A DNA stretch of 64,000 nucleotides from Methylobacillus sp. (lineage in GTDB: Bacteria; Pseudomonadota; Gammaproteobacteria; Burkholderiales; Burkholderiaceae_C): NCBI GenBank assembly GCA_018607835.1, contig JABBAS010000010.1:16930-80929 (forward strand), read 5' to 3'. Below, one piece after another: positions 1 through 10,968 of this stretch. Below the pieces are notes generated by a model, which was not told the origin of the DNA, ran no database searches, and worked only from the letters and a program-made list of their open reading frames with translations. The translations under genes and the position numbers were made by a program. The first letter of the stretch is position 1; each line of letters opens with the position of its first letter.

Positions 1-913
1 TCGCGTACTCGGGCTGCAGCTCAAAGAAATCGCCATCGTCCACCACCTTGGTAATGAGTTCGTGCATGTCATACGCCTTGTTGGCGTTGTCAGGTACGAG
101 GGTGTCTAGACTGTGTTCCACACGTTCGGCGGGGTCGCCGCTGGGGCGAACCGGCGCCTTTTCGCGGTTAGACAGCGGCAGGTAGTTGTATAAACGACGC
201 AACATGAGCAGCGCTTCCACGTCGTTCTCAAACGCCATGTCGGCCACACCGCTCTTGGTGGTGTGCGTGATGGCGCCACCCAAATCTTCGGCACTCACCT
301 CCTCATGCGTTACGGTCTTGACGACCTCTGGCCCGGTGACAAACATGTATGAGCTGTCTTTCACCATGAAGATGAAGTCGGTCATGGCGGGGCTGTAAAC
401 CGCGCCACCCGCAGATGGGCCCATGATCATGCTAATCTGCGGCACTACACCACTGGCCAATACGTTGCGCTGGAATACCTCGGCATAGCCACCCAAAGAA
501 GCCACGCCCTCTTGAATACGTGCACCGCCAGAATCATTGAGGCCGATGACAGGCGCCCCCACCTTCATGGCTTGGTCCATGACCTTGCAGATTTTCTCGG
601 CATGGGCCTCAGACAACGCGCCACCAAACACCGTGAAGTCTTGGCTGTAAACGAAGACCAAACGCCCGTTGATCATGCCGTACCCGGTCACGACACCATC
701 CCCAGGAATTTTGTTTTCTTCCATACCGAAGTCGGTGCAACGGTGTTCAACAAACATGTCCCACTCTTCAAAGGTGCCTTCGTCGAGCAAAACCTCTAGA
801 CGCTCACGCGCTGTCAACTTGCCCTTGCCGTGCTGAGCGGCGATACGTTTTTCGCCACCGCCTAGGCGGGCCTCCTCGCGCTTGCGTTCTAGTTGTGCAA
901 CGATGCTTGGCAT
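1..913 (-). CDS. pccB: Propionyl-CoA carboxylase carboxyltransferase (beta) subunit, 5' part; runs off the window
   Basis: Hand-translated (absent from the ORF track): [38 protein letters not shown]...QDFTVFGG...[10 protein letters not shown]...[24 protein letters not shown]; directly follows meaB. Confidence 0.93.
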   Translation of the reverse strand, partial: MPSIVAQLERKREEARLGGGEKRIAAQHGKGKLTARERLEVLLDEGTFEEWDMFVEHRCTDFGMEENKIPGDGVVTGYGMINGRLVFVYSQDFTVFGGALSEAHAEKICKVMDQAMKVGAPVIGLNDSGGARIQEGVASLGGYAEVFQRNVLASGVVPQISMIMGPSAGGAVYSPAMTDFIFMVKDSSYMFVTGPEVVKTVTHEEVSAEDLGGAITHTTKSGVADMAFENDVEALLMLRRLYNYLPLSNREKAPVRPSGDPAERVEHSLDTLVPDNANKAYDMHELITKVVDDGDFFELQPEYA

Positions 914-948
914 AAATCAGTCCTTATTTTGTTCAAATATTATGTGGT

Positions 949-1995
949 TCACACCTCAGGCGGCTGGCGCCCGGCGTGCAATAGCGTGCGCGCGGCAACC
1001 GATGCGGGCACCGTACCCGCAATCACCTGCGCCGTCAGCTCGGCGAGCTGGGCACGTACCTGTGGGTGTGTCTGAAAAGCTTGGTTCAAACCGACGTGAA
1101 TGCGCTCCCACATCCACGCTTTAGCTTGCTGGGCGCGACGCTTTTCTTTCTGCGTGTTCGCGCTTTGCAAGGCATTAAATTGCAGCACGGCAGACCAAAA
1201 TGCCTCAATACCTGTTTGCTTGAGTGCACTCAGGGGCAGCACCTGCGGATGCCACTGGTTGACATCATGGTGCACGTTATCCGGGTTACCGTGCAAGCCG
1301 AAAAGGCGCAATGCGCTGGTAATTTGAGCCTCTGCGCGGGTCGCTGCATTGGGATCGATATCGGCCTTGTTGATCAGAACCAAGTCGGCCAACTCCATCA
1401 CACCCTTCTTGATCGCTTGCAGGTCATCGCCCGCATTGGGCAATTGCATGAGCACAAACATGTCCGTCATATTGGCCACAGCCGTTTCGCTCTGACCGAC
1501 GCCCACGGTCTCAACAATCACAACGTCGTAGCCGGCGGCTTCGCACACCAGCATGGCCTCGCGTGTCTTCTCAGTCACGCCGCCCAAGGTCCCGCTAGAC
1601 GGACTGGGGCGAATAAACGCCTGTGTGTGCACGGAGAGATGCTCCATGCGCGTTTTGTCGCCGAGAATACTGCCGCCAGAAACCGTTGATGAGGGGTCTA
1701 CCGCCAAGACCGCGACGCGATGGCCTCGGCTAATGAGGTGCAGGCCCAAAGCCTCAATAAAGGTGCTCTTGCCCACGCCGGGCACGCCACTCAGACCCAA
1801 GCGCACAGCCTGCCCTGTGTGCGGCAGTAACGCGGTCAACAGCGCATCAGCCACAACCCTGTGGTCCGCACGGGTGGACTCCAGCAAGGTGATGGCCTTG
1901 GCCATGGCACGACGCTGAGCCATGGCGTTTTCGGGACGCACAATGGCTTGCGTATATGCAGCGGCGGTGAGGGGTAAAGCGTTCAAGCGCGACAA
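949..1995 (-). CDS. meaB: Methylmalonyl-CoA mutase-associated GTPase MeaB
   Basis: P-loop [39 protein letters not shown]; adjacent to the mutase. The TTG start is uncertain. Confidence 0.93.
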   Translation of the reverse strand: MSRLNALPLTAAAYTQAIVRPENAMAQRRAMAKAITLLESTRADHRVVADALLTALLPHTGQAVRLGLSGVPGVGKSTFIEALGLHLISRGHRVAVLAVDPSSTVSGGSILGDKTRMEHLSVHTQAFIRPSPSSGTLGGVTEKTREAMLVCEAAGYDVVIVETVGVGQSETAVANMTDMFVLMQLPNAGDDLQAIKKGVMELADLVLINKADIDPNAATRAEAQITSALRLFGLHGNPDNVHHDVNQWHPQVLPLSALKQTGIEAFWSAVLQFNALQSANTQKEKRRAQQAKAWMWERIHVGLNQAFQTHPQVRAQLAELTAQVIAGTVPASVAARTLLHAGRQPPEV

Positions 1996-2021
1996 CCTAA
2001 ATACGTGTGAAGCCGCAGGGC

Positions 2022-4193
2022 TTAGGTTTGCGCGGCGCGGATTTGCTCCAGCACATCTTTCGCGCTGGCGGGAATGGGGGTACCGGGGCCATAAATGCCC
2101 TTCACACCGGCCTCGTACAAAAACTCGTAATCTTTTCGTGGAATAACGCCACCGACAAACACAATGATGTCATCTGCACCTTGGCGTCTCAACTCGTCAA
2201 TGATGGCTGGCACCAACGTCTTGTGACCCGCAGCGAGCGTAGAGACACCGAGCGCGTGCACGTCGTTTTCAATGGCTTGGCGCGCGCATTCCTCAGGGGT
2301 CTGAAACAGTGGCCCCATGTCCACATCAAAGCCCAGATCAGCAAATGCGGTGGCCACCACCTTGGCACCACGGTCATGGCCGTCTTGACCCAGTTTGGCG
2401 ATCATCACGCGTGGCCGACGCCCGAAGGCGTCGCCAAACGCGGCTATTTCAGTCTTGAGAGCATCCCAGCCCTCCGCGGAATCATAGGCAGCAGCGTACA
2501 CACCAGTCACCTTTTGTGTATCGGCGCGGTGGCGCCCAAAAACAGTTTCTAAGGCATCACTCACCTCGCCCACCGTGGCACGCAGGCGCATGGCATCAAT
2601 GCTCAGAGCTAAGAGGTTACCCTCGCCCGATTCTGCGCTTGCAGTGAGGGCATCTAAGGCCTTCTGCACGGCGGCGCTGTCGCGGCTGGCGCGTATGGCT
2701 TTGAGCTGCTCAATTTGTCCATCACGCACTCTCACGTTGTCGACCTCTAAGGTGTCGACCGCGTCTTCTTTGTCTAGCTTGTATTTATTGACCCCAACAA
2801 TCACGTCTTTGCCAGAGTCAATGCGGGCCTGCTTCTCAGCCGCACTGGCTTCGATTTTCAGCTTGGCCCAACCACTATCCACCGCCTTAGTCATACCGCC
2901 CATGGCGTTCACTTCTTCAATAATGGCCCACGCCTTGTCGGCCATTTCTTGCGTCAAGGACTCCATCATGTAGGAGCCGGCCCAAGGGTCAACCACGCTG
3001 GTAATGTGCGTTTCTTCTTGAATGATCAACTGCGTGTTGCGCGCAATACGCGAACTGAACTCAGTCGGTAAGGCAATCGCCTCGTCAAAGCTGTTGGTGT
3101 GCAGGCTCTGCGTGCCACCAAAGACAGCGGCCATCGCCTCAATGGTGGTCCGCACCACGTTGTTATAGGGGTCTTGCTCTGTCAGCGACCATCCCGATGT
3201 TTGGCTGTGGGTGCGCAACATGAGACTCTTGGGCTCTTTGGCACCAAAGCCGGTCATGATGCGGCACCACAGCAGGCGCGCAGCACGCATTTTGGCAACT
3301 TCTAAATAGAAGTTCATCCCGACGGCCCAAAAGAAAGACAGTCGCGGGGCGAAGTCGTCAACGTTTAAACCCGTAGCAATGGCGGTTTTTACATACTCCG
3401 CGCCGTCGGCGAGGGTGAACGCCATCTCAAGCGCTTGGTTGGCGCCCGCTTCCTGCATGTGGTAGCCGGAGATGGAGATGGAGTTAAACCGAGGCATGTT
3501 CTGCGCGGTGTGCCCAATGATGTCGCCAATAATGCGCATGCTCGGCTCGGGCGGGTAGATGTAGGTGTTGCGCACCATGAACTCCTTCAGAATGTCGTTC
3601 TGAATGGTTCCGGACAACTGGGCTTGCGACACCCCCTGCTCCTCAGCCGCCACGACATAACCTGCAAGCACGGGTAGGACCGCACCGTTCATGGTCATGG
3701 AGACACTGACTTTGTCCAGCGGTATGCCGTCAAACAAGACCTTCATGTCTTCCACGCTGTCAATGGCGACGCCCGCCTTGCCAACGTCGCCTGTCACGCG
3801 CGGGTGGTCGCTGTCGTAGCCACGATGGGTCGCGAGGTCAAAGGCAACGCTCACCCCTTGACCGCCAGCGGCCAAGGCCTTTCGGTAAAAGGCGTTGGAT
3901 TCGGTTGCCGTCGAAAAGCCGGCGTACTGGCGGATCGTCCAAGGCCGGACCGCGTACATGGTCGCTTGGGGACCACGGATATACGGTGCAAAGCCCGGCA
4001 AGGTATTGGTATGTGGCAAATCAGCGGTGTCTTCGGCCGTATACAACGGCTTGACAACGATGCCCTCAGGCGTATCCCAATTGAGCGTGCTGAGCGGCTT
4101 GCCTTTTAGAGACTTTTCAGCCGCCTTCTGCCAGTCGCTTGTTGAAGGAGCAGGAAACTCGGGGGGACGATCAGTCTGGGGATCTTGGCTCAT
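2022..4193 (-). CDS. scpA: Methylmalonyl-CoA mutase (AdoCbl-dependent)
   Basis: [42 protein letters not shown]; C-terminal B12 motif [10 protein letters not shown]...GVSTLAAGH. Start set to ATG 4193 (MSQDPQ). Confidence 0.96.
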   Translation of the reverse strand: MSQDPQTDRPPEFPAPSTSDWQKAAEKSLKGKPLSTLNWDTPEGIVVKPLYTAEDTADLPHTNTLPGFAPYIRGPQATMYAVRPWTIRQYAGFSTATESNAFYRKALAAGGQGVSVAFDLATHRGYDSDHPRVTGDVGKAGVAIDSVEDMKVLFDGIPLDKVSVSMTMNGAVLPVLAGYVVAAEEQGVSQAQLSGTIQNDILKEFMVRNTYIYPPEPSMRIIGDIIGHTAQNMPRFNSISISGYHMQEAGANQALEMAFTLADGAEYVKTAIATGLNVDDFAPRLSFFWAVGMNFYLEVAKMRAARLLWCRIMTGFGAKEPKSLMLRTHSQTSGWSLTEQDPYNNVVRTTIEAMAAVFGGTQSLHTNSFDEAIALPTEFSSRIARNTQLIIQEETHITSVVDPWAGSYMMESLTQEMADKAWAIIEEVNAMGGMTKAVDSGWAKLKIEASAAEKQARIDSGKDVIVGVNKYKLDKEDAVDTLEVDNVRVRDGQIEQLKAIRASRDSAAVQKALDALTASAESGEGNLLALSIDAMRLRATVGEVSDALETVFGRHRADTQKVTGVYAAAYDSAEGWDALKTEIAAFGDAFGRRPRVMIAKLGQDGHDRGAKVVATAFADLGFDVDMGPLFQTPEECARQAIENDVHALGVSTLAAGHKTLVPAIIDELRRQGADDIIVFVGGVIPRKDYEFLYEAGVKGIYGPGTPIPASAKDVLEQIRAAQT

Positions 4194-4284
4194 GTGTTCA
4201 CTCGAAATAAAAGCGGCAAGGCAGGTTTTGTATAGCGTGTCAGACAGTCTAGCAACCCGCAAGCGTGTGATGCAGGGACAACGC

Positions 4285-4344
4285 TCTGAATTCTACATCA
4301 TTCATAATTATGAATTCAGAATTACATTTGCAGTATGATGTAGA
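4285..4344. promoter_or_regulatory. Candidate GntR-family operator region with nested inverted repeats
   Basis: Perfect 16-bp palindrome ATTCATAATTATGAAT (4300-4315); TCTGAATTC/GAATTCAGA (4285-4293/4312-4320); TCTACATCAT/ATGATGTAGA (4292-4301/4335-4344). Lies between divergent scpA and gntR. Confidence 0.6.
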
Positions 4345-4370
4345 TTCAATCGCCCACCTACTCGCTCGAT

Positions 4371-5006
4371 ATGTCCGAACTCGCCCTCAAACAACGCGCC
4401 CTCTACCTTGATGTCGCTGAGTTGTTGCGCCAACGTATCTACAACCGCGAGTTGGCCCCGGGTAGCTGGATTGATGAATTACGTATTGCTGAGAATATGG
4501 GCATCAGTCGCACGCCGCTGCGAGAAGCCCTCAAGGTATTGGCTAGCGAAGGGCTGGTCACGATGAAGGTCCGGCGCGGTGCCTACGTGACCGAGGTCTC
4601 GCCTGCCGATCTGCAGCAGGTCTACCACCTGCTTTGCTTGCTAGAGAGCGATGCCGCGGCCGTGGTTGCGCGTGATGCCGACTTGCCTCAAAAGGCCGAG
4701 CTAAAGGCCTTGCACGCCAAAATGGTGGATAGCCAAACAGATACACGCCGGTTTTTCGAGCTGAACGAGCAGTTTCATATGCGTATTCTGGAGTTGGCCG
4801 ATAACCGTTGGCGTATCCAAGTGGTCAACGACCTGCGCAAGGTAATGAAAGTTAACCGGCAGTCATCGCTGTTAAAGGATGGCCGTGTTGCGGCATCCAT
4901 TGACGAGCACGCTGCCGTCTTAAACGCCATCATTGCAGGGGACGCGGACATGGCACAACAGGCCATGCAAGTCCACTTTGACCAAGGTCTGAAAGCGGCC
5001 AGCTAG
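4371..5006 (+). CDS. GntR (FadR subfamily, FCD domain) transcriptional regulator, probable regulator of the methylmalonyl-CoA genes
   Basis: N-terminal wHTH (ISRTPLREALKVL...GAYV), FCD-type C-terminus (NEQFH...EHAAVL...H); divergent from scpA. Confidence 0.9.
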   Translation: MSELALKQRALYLDVAELLRQRIYNRELAPGSWIDELRIAENMGISRTPLREALKVLASEGLVTMKVRRGAYVTEVSPADLQQVYHLLCLLESDAAAVVARDADLPQKAELKALHAKMVDSQTDTRRFFELNEQFHMRILELADNRWRIQVVNDLRKVMKVNRQSSLLKDGRVAASIDEHAAVLNAIIAGDADMAQQAMQVHFDQGLKAAS

Positions 5007-5812
5007 GCAGTTTGGGCGCTCAAGCGCTGCAGCTTGTCTTCCAAATCAGGGTCTTCGCAGGCCCACGCGCTGGCATGTTGTGAGCGCGCCTTCAAGTCGG
5101 GCGACAACGCCTCACGACCATCAAAAACGAAGCAGTCCCCTGTGTAGTGATCGCCACCAACATCTTCAAAATATTGGAGAATACCGCCCTCTAGCTGCAT
5201 CACGTTGTCTAGGCCCATCTCGTGCATGAGGATGGCGCCTTTTTCGCAGCGGATACCCCCGGTGCAAAAGCTCACCACCGTCTTGTCCGCAAGCTCGGCC
5301 TTGTGCTGCGCCACAGCCTCAGGGAACTCTGTGAACTTGGTGATGCGCCAATCGATGGCACCCGTGAAGGTGCCGTAGTCAACCTCAAAAGCGTTGCGGG
5401 TATCCAGCATCACGACAGGCTTACCGCTGTCGTCATGCCCCTGATCCAACCAGCGCTTAAGCGTCTTCGGCGCAACGCCGGGCGCACGACCTGCTAACGG
5501 GCGAATGGTGGGGTGATTCATGCGGATGATCTCGTTCTTCAACTTCACAAAGAAGCGTCGGAACGGCTGCACCTCACACCAGCTCTCTTTACAGAAGATA
5601 TCGGCAAAACGGGCATCCGCACGCATCCACGCGATAAACCCGCGTATCCCGGTCTCAGAACCCGCTAAGAAGAGGTTGATGCCCTCAGGTGCCAACAGAA
5701 TGGTTCCGCGAATATCCAAGGCCAGCGCCTGCTCGGTGGCCGCCGCGCGCAGATCATCACGGTCGTTGATATCAACGAACTTGTATGCGGCGATGTTCAG
5801 AATAGAAGTCAC
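5003..5812 (-). CDS. trhO: Rhodanese-domain protein of the UPF0176/TrhO family (tRNA uridine(34) hydroxylase-like)
   Basis: AAYKFV, RGTILLAPEGIN, LDTRNAFEVDYGTF, FCTGGIRCEK, LEGGILQY, CFVFD. Confidence 0.8.
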   Translation of the reverse strand: MTSILNIAAYKFVDINDRDDLRAAATEQALALDIRGTILLAPEGINLFLAGSETGIRGFIAWMRADARFADIFCKESWCEVQPFRRFFVKLKNEIIRMNHPTIRPLAGRAPGVAPKTLKRWLDQGHDDSGKPVVMLDTRNAFEVDYGTFTGAIDWRITKFTEFPEAVAQHKAELADKTVVSFCTGGIRCEKGAILMHEMGLDNVMQLEGGILQYFEDVGGDHYTGDCFVFDGREALSPDLKARSQHASAWACEDPDLEDKLQRLSAQTA

Positions 5813-5848
5813 AAACCTATTTTATAGCGATTATTTGGGGCGATACGC

Positions 5849-6910
5849 TTATAACGTTGCGACGACGGGCACCGCCTCCTCTGCGGCTAGGACATGGGCT
5901 TGTGCCATTTTCCAGACCTCACGCGGGGGGAGTGGTTTGAGTTTGTGGTCGCTCCAAACTTGGCGCCAATATCTCGCGCCACGCAAACCATGACGCAAGC
6001 CCAGCATATGTCTGGCGATGGCATACCAAGGACAGCCATCCTCAGCGGCAGCGCGCTCCATATAGTCCACCATGGCGAGTTCGACGGCGTCGCGGTCCAA
6101 CACCCTTTCGGCCTCGCCGTGGTAACGGGCGTCCCAATCGCTCATAAGCCAAGGGTTGTAGTAGGCCTCGCGTCCGAGCATGACGCCATCCACATGGGTG
6201 AGTTGTTGGGCCATATCGTCGTTGGTTTTAAGGCCACCGTTGCTGACAATCACCAGATTCGGAAAGTCTTGCTTGAGACGCCAAACCAGCTCATAGCGCA
6301 GGGGCGGCACCTCCCTATTTTGCTTAGGGGACAGCCCCTGCAACCACGCGTTGCGGGCGTGCACAATGAAAACGCCACTCCCTGCTTCAGCCACGGTTCC
6401 GACGAAGTCACGCACAAATTCGTAGCTCTCTTCTTGGTCAATGCCAATGCGGTGCTTCACGGTTACGGGGATATCCACCACGTCCACCATGGCCTTAACG
6501 CAATCAGCCACGAGCTGGGGCGTCGCCATCAGGCAAGCGCCAAAAGCGCCGCGTTGCACGCGGTCACTGGGGCAACCACAGTTGAGGTTTATTTCGTCGT
6601 AACCCCACTGCTGCCCGAGCTTGGCCGCATGCGCGAGGTCCGCCGGCTCACTGCCACCGAGCTGCAAAGCGGCCGGGTGCTCTTCGCGGTTAAACCGCAA
6701 GTGGCGCGTCACGTCCCCATGCGTGAGGGCGCCCGTAGTCACCATCTCGGTGTACAACAGCGTACGCTGGCTCAGCAAGCGGTGGAAGAAGCGGCAATGC
6801 CTATCGGTCCACGCCATCATGGGTGCAACCGACACTTTCCATTGATTTTTTCTCAATGAATTACCGACTTCTAACCCCGATAAGTTAGCTTGATTCTGAA
6901 TTAGCGTCAC
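5849..6910 (-). CDS. dusA: tRNA-dihydrouridine(20/20a) synthase DusA
   Basis: SVAPMMAWTDRHCR, LYTEMVT, LQLGGS, EINLNCGCPSDRVQ, VTVKHRIG, VHARNAWL. Start uncertain. Confidence 0.93.
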   Translation of the reverse strand: MTLIQNQANLSGLEVGNSLRKNQWKVSVAPMMAWTDRHCRFFHRLLSQRTLLYTEMVTTGALTHGDVTRHLRFNREEHPAALQLGGSEPADLAHAAKLGQQWGYDEINLNCGCPSDRVQRGAFGACLMATPQLVADCVKAMVDVVDIPVTVKHRIGIDQEESYEFVRDFVGTVAEAGSGVFIVHARNAWLQGLSPKQNREVPPLRYELVWRLKQDFPNLVIVSNGGLKTNDDMAQQLTHVDGVMLGREAYYNPWLMSDWDARYHGEAERVLDRDAVELAMVDYMERAAAEDGCPWYAIARHMLGLRHGLRGARYWRQVWSDHKLKPLPPREVWKMAQAHVLAAEEAVPVVATL

Positions 6911-6999
6911 CGAACATCACCCCAAATAGCAGGCGTGCATCGCCTATGACGAGATTATCCACACTACGGGCTTGGCACCTGCCCAAACCGCTTTGATAG

Positions 7000-7034
7000 A
7001 AAACCGAGCGCACCATTGCAGCGCGCTCGGGTTT
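7000..7034 (-). terminator. Probable intrinsic terminator of phaCAB
   Basis: On the minus strand: CCGAGCGC...GCGCTCGG stem followed by TTTT, about 30 nt after the phaB stop. Confidence 0.6.
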
Positions 7035-7063
7035 AAGGTCCAGGACCTAGGCCCTAGTCCTGC

Positions 7064-7801
7064 TTAGCCGATGTGCAAACCGCCGTTGACTGAGAAGTCA
7101 GCGCCAGTGGAATAGCCGCTTTCTTGGCTCGCCAACCAAGAAACGATGGAGGCAATCTCGCTGGGTTCTCCCAAGCGCTTAACGGGCACGGTGCCAACGA
7201 TTTTCTCGAGTACGTCAGCACGAATGGCTTTCACCATGTCGGTACCAATGTAGCCAGGGCTCACCGTGTTGACGGTCACGCCTTTGGTTGCCATCTCTTG
7301 CGCCAACGCCATGGTGAAACCATGCATACCGGCTTTGGCGGCCGAGTAGTTGGTTTGGCCCGCTTGACCCTTTTGACCATTGACTGATGAGATCTGAATG
7401 ATGCGACCAAAGCCTTGTTCCACCATGTCAGCGACCACTTGCTTGGTCACGTTAAACATAGAGGTCAGGTTGGTGGAGATGACGGCATTCCAGTCTTCCA
7501 ACGTCATTTTCAAAAACATGCGGTCACGCGTAATGCCCGCGTTGTTGACCAACACAGAGATGGGGCCGTGGTCGGCTTTGGCTTTCGCAAACGCATCAAC
7601 CGTGCTCTCCCATTCGGCGACGTTGCCCACAGAAGCGTAGAACGTGAAGCCGAGAGCCTTCTGCTCGTCCAACCACTTTTGGAAGTCACGCGTCGGGCCG
7701 CAACCGGCAACAACGGTGAAGCCGTCTTGATGCAAACGCTGGCACATGGCCGTTCCAATGCCACCCATACCGCCGGTGACGTACGCTACTTTATTTGTCA
7801 T
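7064..7801 (-). CDS. phaB: Acetoacetyl-CoA reductase
   Basis: SDR motifs VTGGMGGIG, NNAGITRD, QTNYSAAK, VNTVSPGYI; phaCAB context. Confidence 0.95.
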   Translation of the reverse strand: MTNKVAYVTGGMGGIGTAMCQRLHQDGFTVVAGCGPTRDFQKWLDEQKALGFTFYASVGNVAEWESTVDAFAKAKADHGPISVLVNNAGITRDRMFLKMTLEDWNAVISTNLTSMFNVTKQVVADMVEQGFGRIIQISSVNGQKGQAGQTNYSAAKAGMHGFTMALAQEMATKGVTVNTVSPGYIGTDMVKAIRADVLEKIVGTVPVKRLGEPSEIASIVSWLASQESGYSTGADFSVNGGLHIG

Positions 7802-7843
7802 GATTTATCCTGCTAAAAAGTTAAAAATAATTGTCGTGCTGGC

Positions 7844-9025
7844 TTAAGCGCGCTCGAGGGCGAGGGACACACCCATGCCACCACCGATACACAGCGCCGC
7901 TAAACCTTTGTGCGCACCAGAACGTTGCATTTCGTGCAACAGGGTGACCAAAATACGGCAGCCGCTCGCACCGATAGGGTGCCCAATGGCGATAGCGCCA
8001 CCGTTTAAGTTCACCTTAGCAGGATCAATGCCCAAGGCTTTGTTCACGGCACACGCTTGCGCCGCAAACGCTTCATTTAACTCGAAGACATCGATATCAC
8101 CCACCGACCAACCGGCACGCTCTAAGGCCTTGCGCGATGCGGGTACGGGGCCCATACCCATGGTCGCAGGGTCTAAGCCGCTGGTCGCAAAACTGGCAAT
8201 ACGCGCCAAGGGCGTCAAGCCTAAGGCAGCCGCTTTTTTGGCAGACATGACCATCACGGCGGCGGCACCGTCGTTGATGCCAGAGGCATTGCCCGCCGTA
8301 ACTGAGCCCGCTTTGTCAAACGCCGGACGCAGGCCAGCCAACACAGCCGCATCCGTCTTGCGGTTAACGAACTCGTCTGTATCGAACACAACGGGATCAC
8401 CCTTGCGCTGGGGAATGTGCACGGGCACGATTTCCTCTTTGAACTTGCCAGCGTCTTGCGCCGCACGCGCCTTTTGCTGACTCGCCAAGGCCAAGGCGTC
8501 TTGGGCTTCGCGGCTGATGTCGTTTTCCTTGGCTACGTTCTCAGCGGTGATCCCCATGTGGTACTGGTTGTACACGTCCCACAGGCCATCGACGATCATG
8601 GTGTCCGTCATTTTCCAGTCACCCATGCGCTGGCCGTCGCGTGACTTGTTCAGCACGTGTGGGCTGGCACTCATGTTTTCTTGCCCACCGGCAATCACAA
8701 CCTCACTGTCACCGTAAGCGATAGACTGCGCCGCCAGCATCACGGCTTTTAGGCCGGAGCCGCAAACGGCATTGATGGTGAGCGCCGGAACCTCTTTAGG
8801 CAAGCCCGCCTTCATGCCTGCTTGACGTGCAGGATTTTGCCCCACGCCTGCAGTCAGCACTTGGCCCATGATCACCTCACCGACCAATTCAGGCGCGATG
8901 CCCGTGCGGCGCAGCAAGTCCTTGATGACCGCTGCACCCAAGTCCGTGGCGGGTACACCCGCCAACGAACCACCAAATTTTCCGACGGCTGTGCGCGCCG
9001 CAGCAACAATAACGATGTCTTCCAT
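7844..9025 (-). CDS. phaA: Acetyl-CoA acetyltransferase (beta-ketothiolase)
   Basis: [32 protein letters not shown]. Confidence 0.95.
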   Translation of the reverse strand: MEDIVIVAAARTAVGKFGGSLAGVPATDLGAAVIKDLLRRTGIAPELVGEVIMGQVLTAGVGQNPARQAGMKAGLPKEVPALTINAVCGSGLKAVMLAAQSIAYGDSEVVIAGGQENMSASPHVLNKSRDGQRMGDWKMTDTMIVDGLWDVYNQYHMGITAENVAKENDISREAQDALALASQQKARAAQDAGKFKEEIVPVHIPQRKGDPVVFDTDEFVNRKTDAAVLAGLRPAFDKAGSVTAGNASGINDGAAAVMVMSAKKAAALGLTPLARIASFATSGLDPATMGMGPVPASRKALERAGWSVGDIDVFELNEAFAAQACAVNKALGIDPAKVNLNGGAIAIGHPIGASGCRILVTLLHEMQRSGAHKGLAALCIGGGMGVSLALERA

Positions 9026-9099
9026 GCTTCCCTCTAACAGTTGGTTACTTGAATAATTAAATTAAAAATGCGTGTTGTAAAACCCGCGCTGTTTTCGCC

Positions 9100-10968
9100 T
9101 TACTTCGCTGCAACAAACGGCTCAACCGGTGGCGCTTTTACTTTGACGTAGCGTCCCGGCGCAGGCTCAATGGCCTTGAACTTGCCACGCGCCCCACTGC
9201 CATAGCTCTTTGGCGCAGCAATTTTCTTACCCGCATGCCCACTCAGCCACGCAGCCCAATCGCTCCACCAGCTGCCCTTGTGCTCCTCAGCATCGGCGAT
9301 CCACTCGTTGACGTCGGCAGGGAATTTTTTGTTTGAACCAAGCCAGTGACTGCGCTTGCCTTTGCTCGCGGGGTTAATCACGCCAGCGATGTGGCCCGAT
9401 GCCCCCATCACAAATCGCTTGGGGCCCTTCCAGTGCTGGGTCGTGGCATACGCGCCACCAATGGGGACGATATGGTCTTCGCGAGAGCCATAGATGTAGG
9501 CGGGCAATTTAACTTTATTGAAGTCAATGGACTCGCCACAAACGATGGTCGATTGCGGCTTCACCAAGCGATTTTCTAAGTAGGTGTTGCGTAGGTACCA
9601 GTGGTAAAACGGGCCAGGTAAGTTGGTTGAGTCTCCGTTCCAGTACAAAAGATCAAACGGCGGAGGCGACTCCCCTTTCAGGTAGTTGCCAACCACGTAG
9701 TTCCAAACTAAATCATTGGGGCGCAAAAATGAGAATGTATTGGCCAAGTCGCTGCCCGGCAACAGGCCGCCTTTGGCGAACTGCAGCTCACGCATCTTCA
9801 CAAATGATTCGTCAATAAAGACGTCCAAGACGCCCGTGTCGCTGAAATCAAGTAGCGTGGTTAACAGGGTGACGCTGTTAACGGGTGTCTCGTCACGTGC
9901 AGCCAAAACCGCCACCGCCGTGCTGAGTATCGTGCCGCCAACGCAGAAACCCAGCGCGTTGATGGTGGGCGACCCGGTGATCTCGCCGACGGTCTTGATC
10001 GCCTTGATAGCGGCATCCTCAATGTAGTCATCCCAACTTGCGTTGGCCAATGATTCGTCCGGGTTGCGCCAACTCACCACGAAGGTGCGGTGGCCTTGCT
10101 CAACCGCATAACGAATAAATGAGTTCTCAGGTTGTAAGTCCAAGATGTAGAACTTGTTGATGCAGGGGGGCACCATCAAGAAGGGGCGCTCGTGCACCTT
10201 GGCTGTCAGCGGCTTGTACTCGATGAGTTGAAACAGGTCGTTCTCAAAGACCACCGCGCCCTCACTCGTGGCCACGTTTTTCCCCACCTCAAATACCGAC
10301 TCATCGGTCATGGATACGTGGCCCTTTTGCACGTCAGCCCACAGGTTGCTGAGACCTTTGGCAATGCTTTCGCCCTTGCTGTCTATGGCCAGCTGCTGTG
10401 CTTCGGGGTTGAGTGCAAAGAAATTACTGGGTGCCGTTGCGTCCAACCACTGTTGTATGGAGAAGCGCATCCGTGCCTTCACTTTTTCCGACCCTTTGAC
10501 CGCTTCAGCCAAAGAGAGCAGTGCACGGGCGTTCATCAGATGCATGGATGCAGCGCGCTTCGCGGCGACGTTGGCCTGCCACGCGGGCGCAGAAAAACGG
10601 CGGTCACGCTGCGTTTCATCGGCAGCGGTTGCTTCATTTAAACCAGTCAGGTCGCGCTGATATGCCGACTGAATTTGCATCAACGCCGCCATGTCAAACT
10701 GCGGCATCTCTGGCATCTCCGGCATGGCGCTGCCGCCAGTTTGTCCGGCACCTTGTGCCATGATTTGCGTCATGGCTTTAGCAAAGACCTGTGTCATGTC
10801 GCCCATTTGCGTGGACAATTGCGTCATCGCTTGGCTGTCTGGCAGACCGCCTAGGGGTGCAAAGCCGGTGCTGGGTAGGCCTGCTTGTTTGGCGAGCGAG
10901 CCCCATTGAGCCATGAGGGTTTGCTGCCACTGCTGAGCAGCGTCTAACCATTTTGCCTGAGAGTCCAT
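9100..10968 (-). CDS. phaC: Class I polyhydroxyalkanoate synthase
   Basis: PPCINKFYILDL, lipase-box GFCVGG, LLYWNGD, EDHIVP, SGHIAG; low-complexity Q/M-rich N-terminus. Confidence 0.95.
   Translation of the reverse strand: MDSQAKWLDAAQQWQQTLMAQWGSLAKQAGLPSTGFAPLGGLPDSQAMTQLSTQMGDMTQVFAKAMTQIMAQGAGQTGGSAMPEMPEMPQFDMAALMQIQSAYQRDLTGLNEATAADETQRDRRFSAPAWQANVAAKRAASMHLMNARALLSLAEAVKGSEKVKARMRFSIQQWLDATAPSNFFALNPEAQQLAIDSKGESIAKGLSNLWADVQKGHVSMTDESVFEVGKNVATSEGAVVFENDLFQLIEYKPLTAKVHERPFLMVPPCINKFYILDLQPENSFIRYAVEQGHRTFVVSWRNPDESLANASWDDYIEDAAIKAIKTVGEITGSPTINALGFCVGGTILSTAVAVLAARDETPVNSVTLLTTLLDFSDTGVLDVFIDESFVKMRELQFAKGGLLPGSDLANTFSFLRPNDLVWNYVVGNYLKGESPPPFDLLYWNGDSTNLPGPFYHWYLRNTYLENRLVKPQSTIVCGESIDFNKVKLPAYIYGSREDHIVPIGGAYATTQHWKGPKRFVMGASGHIAGVINPASKGKRSHWLGSNKKFPADVNEWIADAEEHKGSWWSDWAAWLSGHAGKKIAAPKSYGSGARGKFKAIEPAPGRYVKVKAPPVEPFVAAK

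Noticed and set aside
4194-4370. Cobalamin riboswitch upstream of the B12-dependent mutase
   Set aside because: No B12-box or GGGAA/GCCACTG core recognised; the region is better explained as a GntR operator.
6812-6820. DusA motif reads APMMAWTD rather than APMxDWTD
   Set aside because: The position varies among Dus families (Gly in DusB/DusC) and the catalytic CGCP motif is intact; no sign of inactivation.
5894-6859. 321-aa + strand ORF opposite dusA (similar long antisense ORFs: 1066-1689, 11947-12591, 26596-27270, 29435-30202, 55520-56227)
   Set aside because: They are shadows of well-supported genes on the other strand or frame, with no motifs, as expected in GC-rich DNA.
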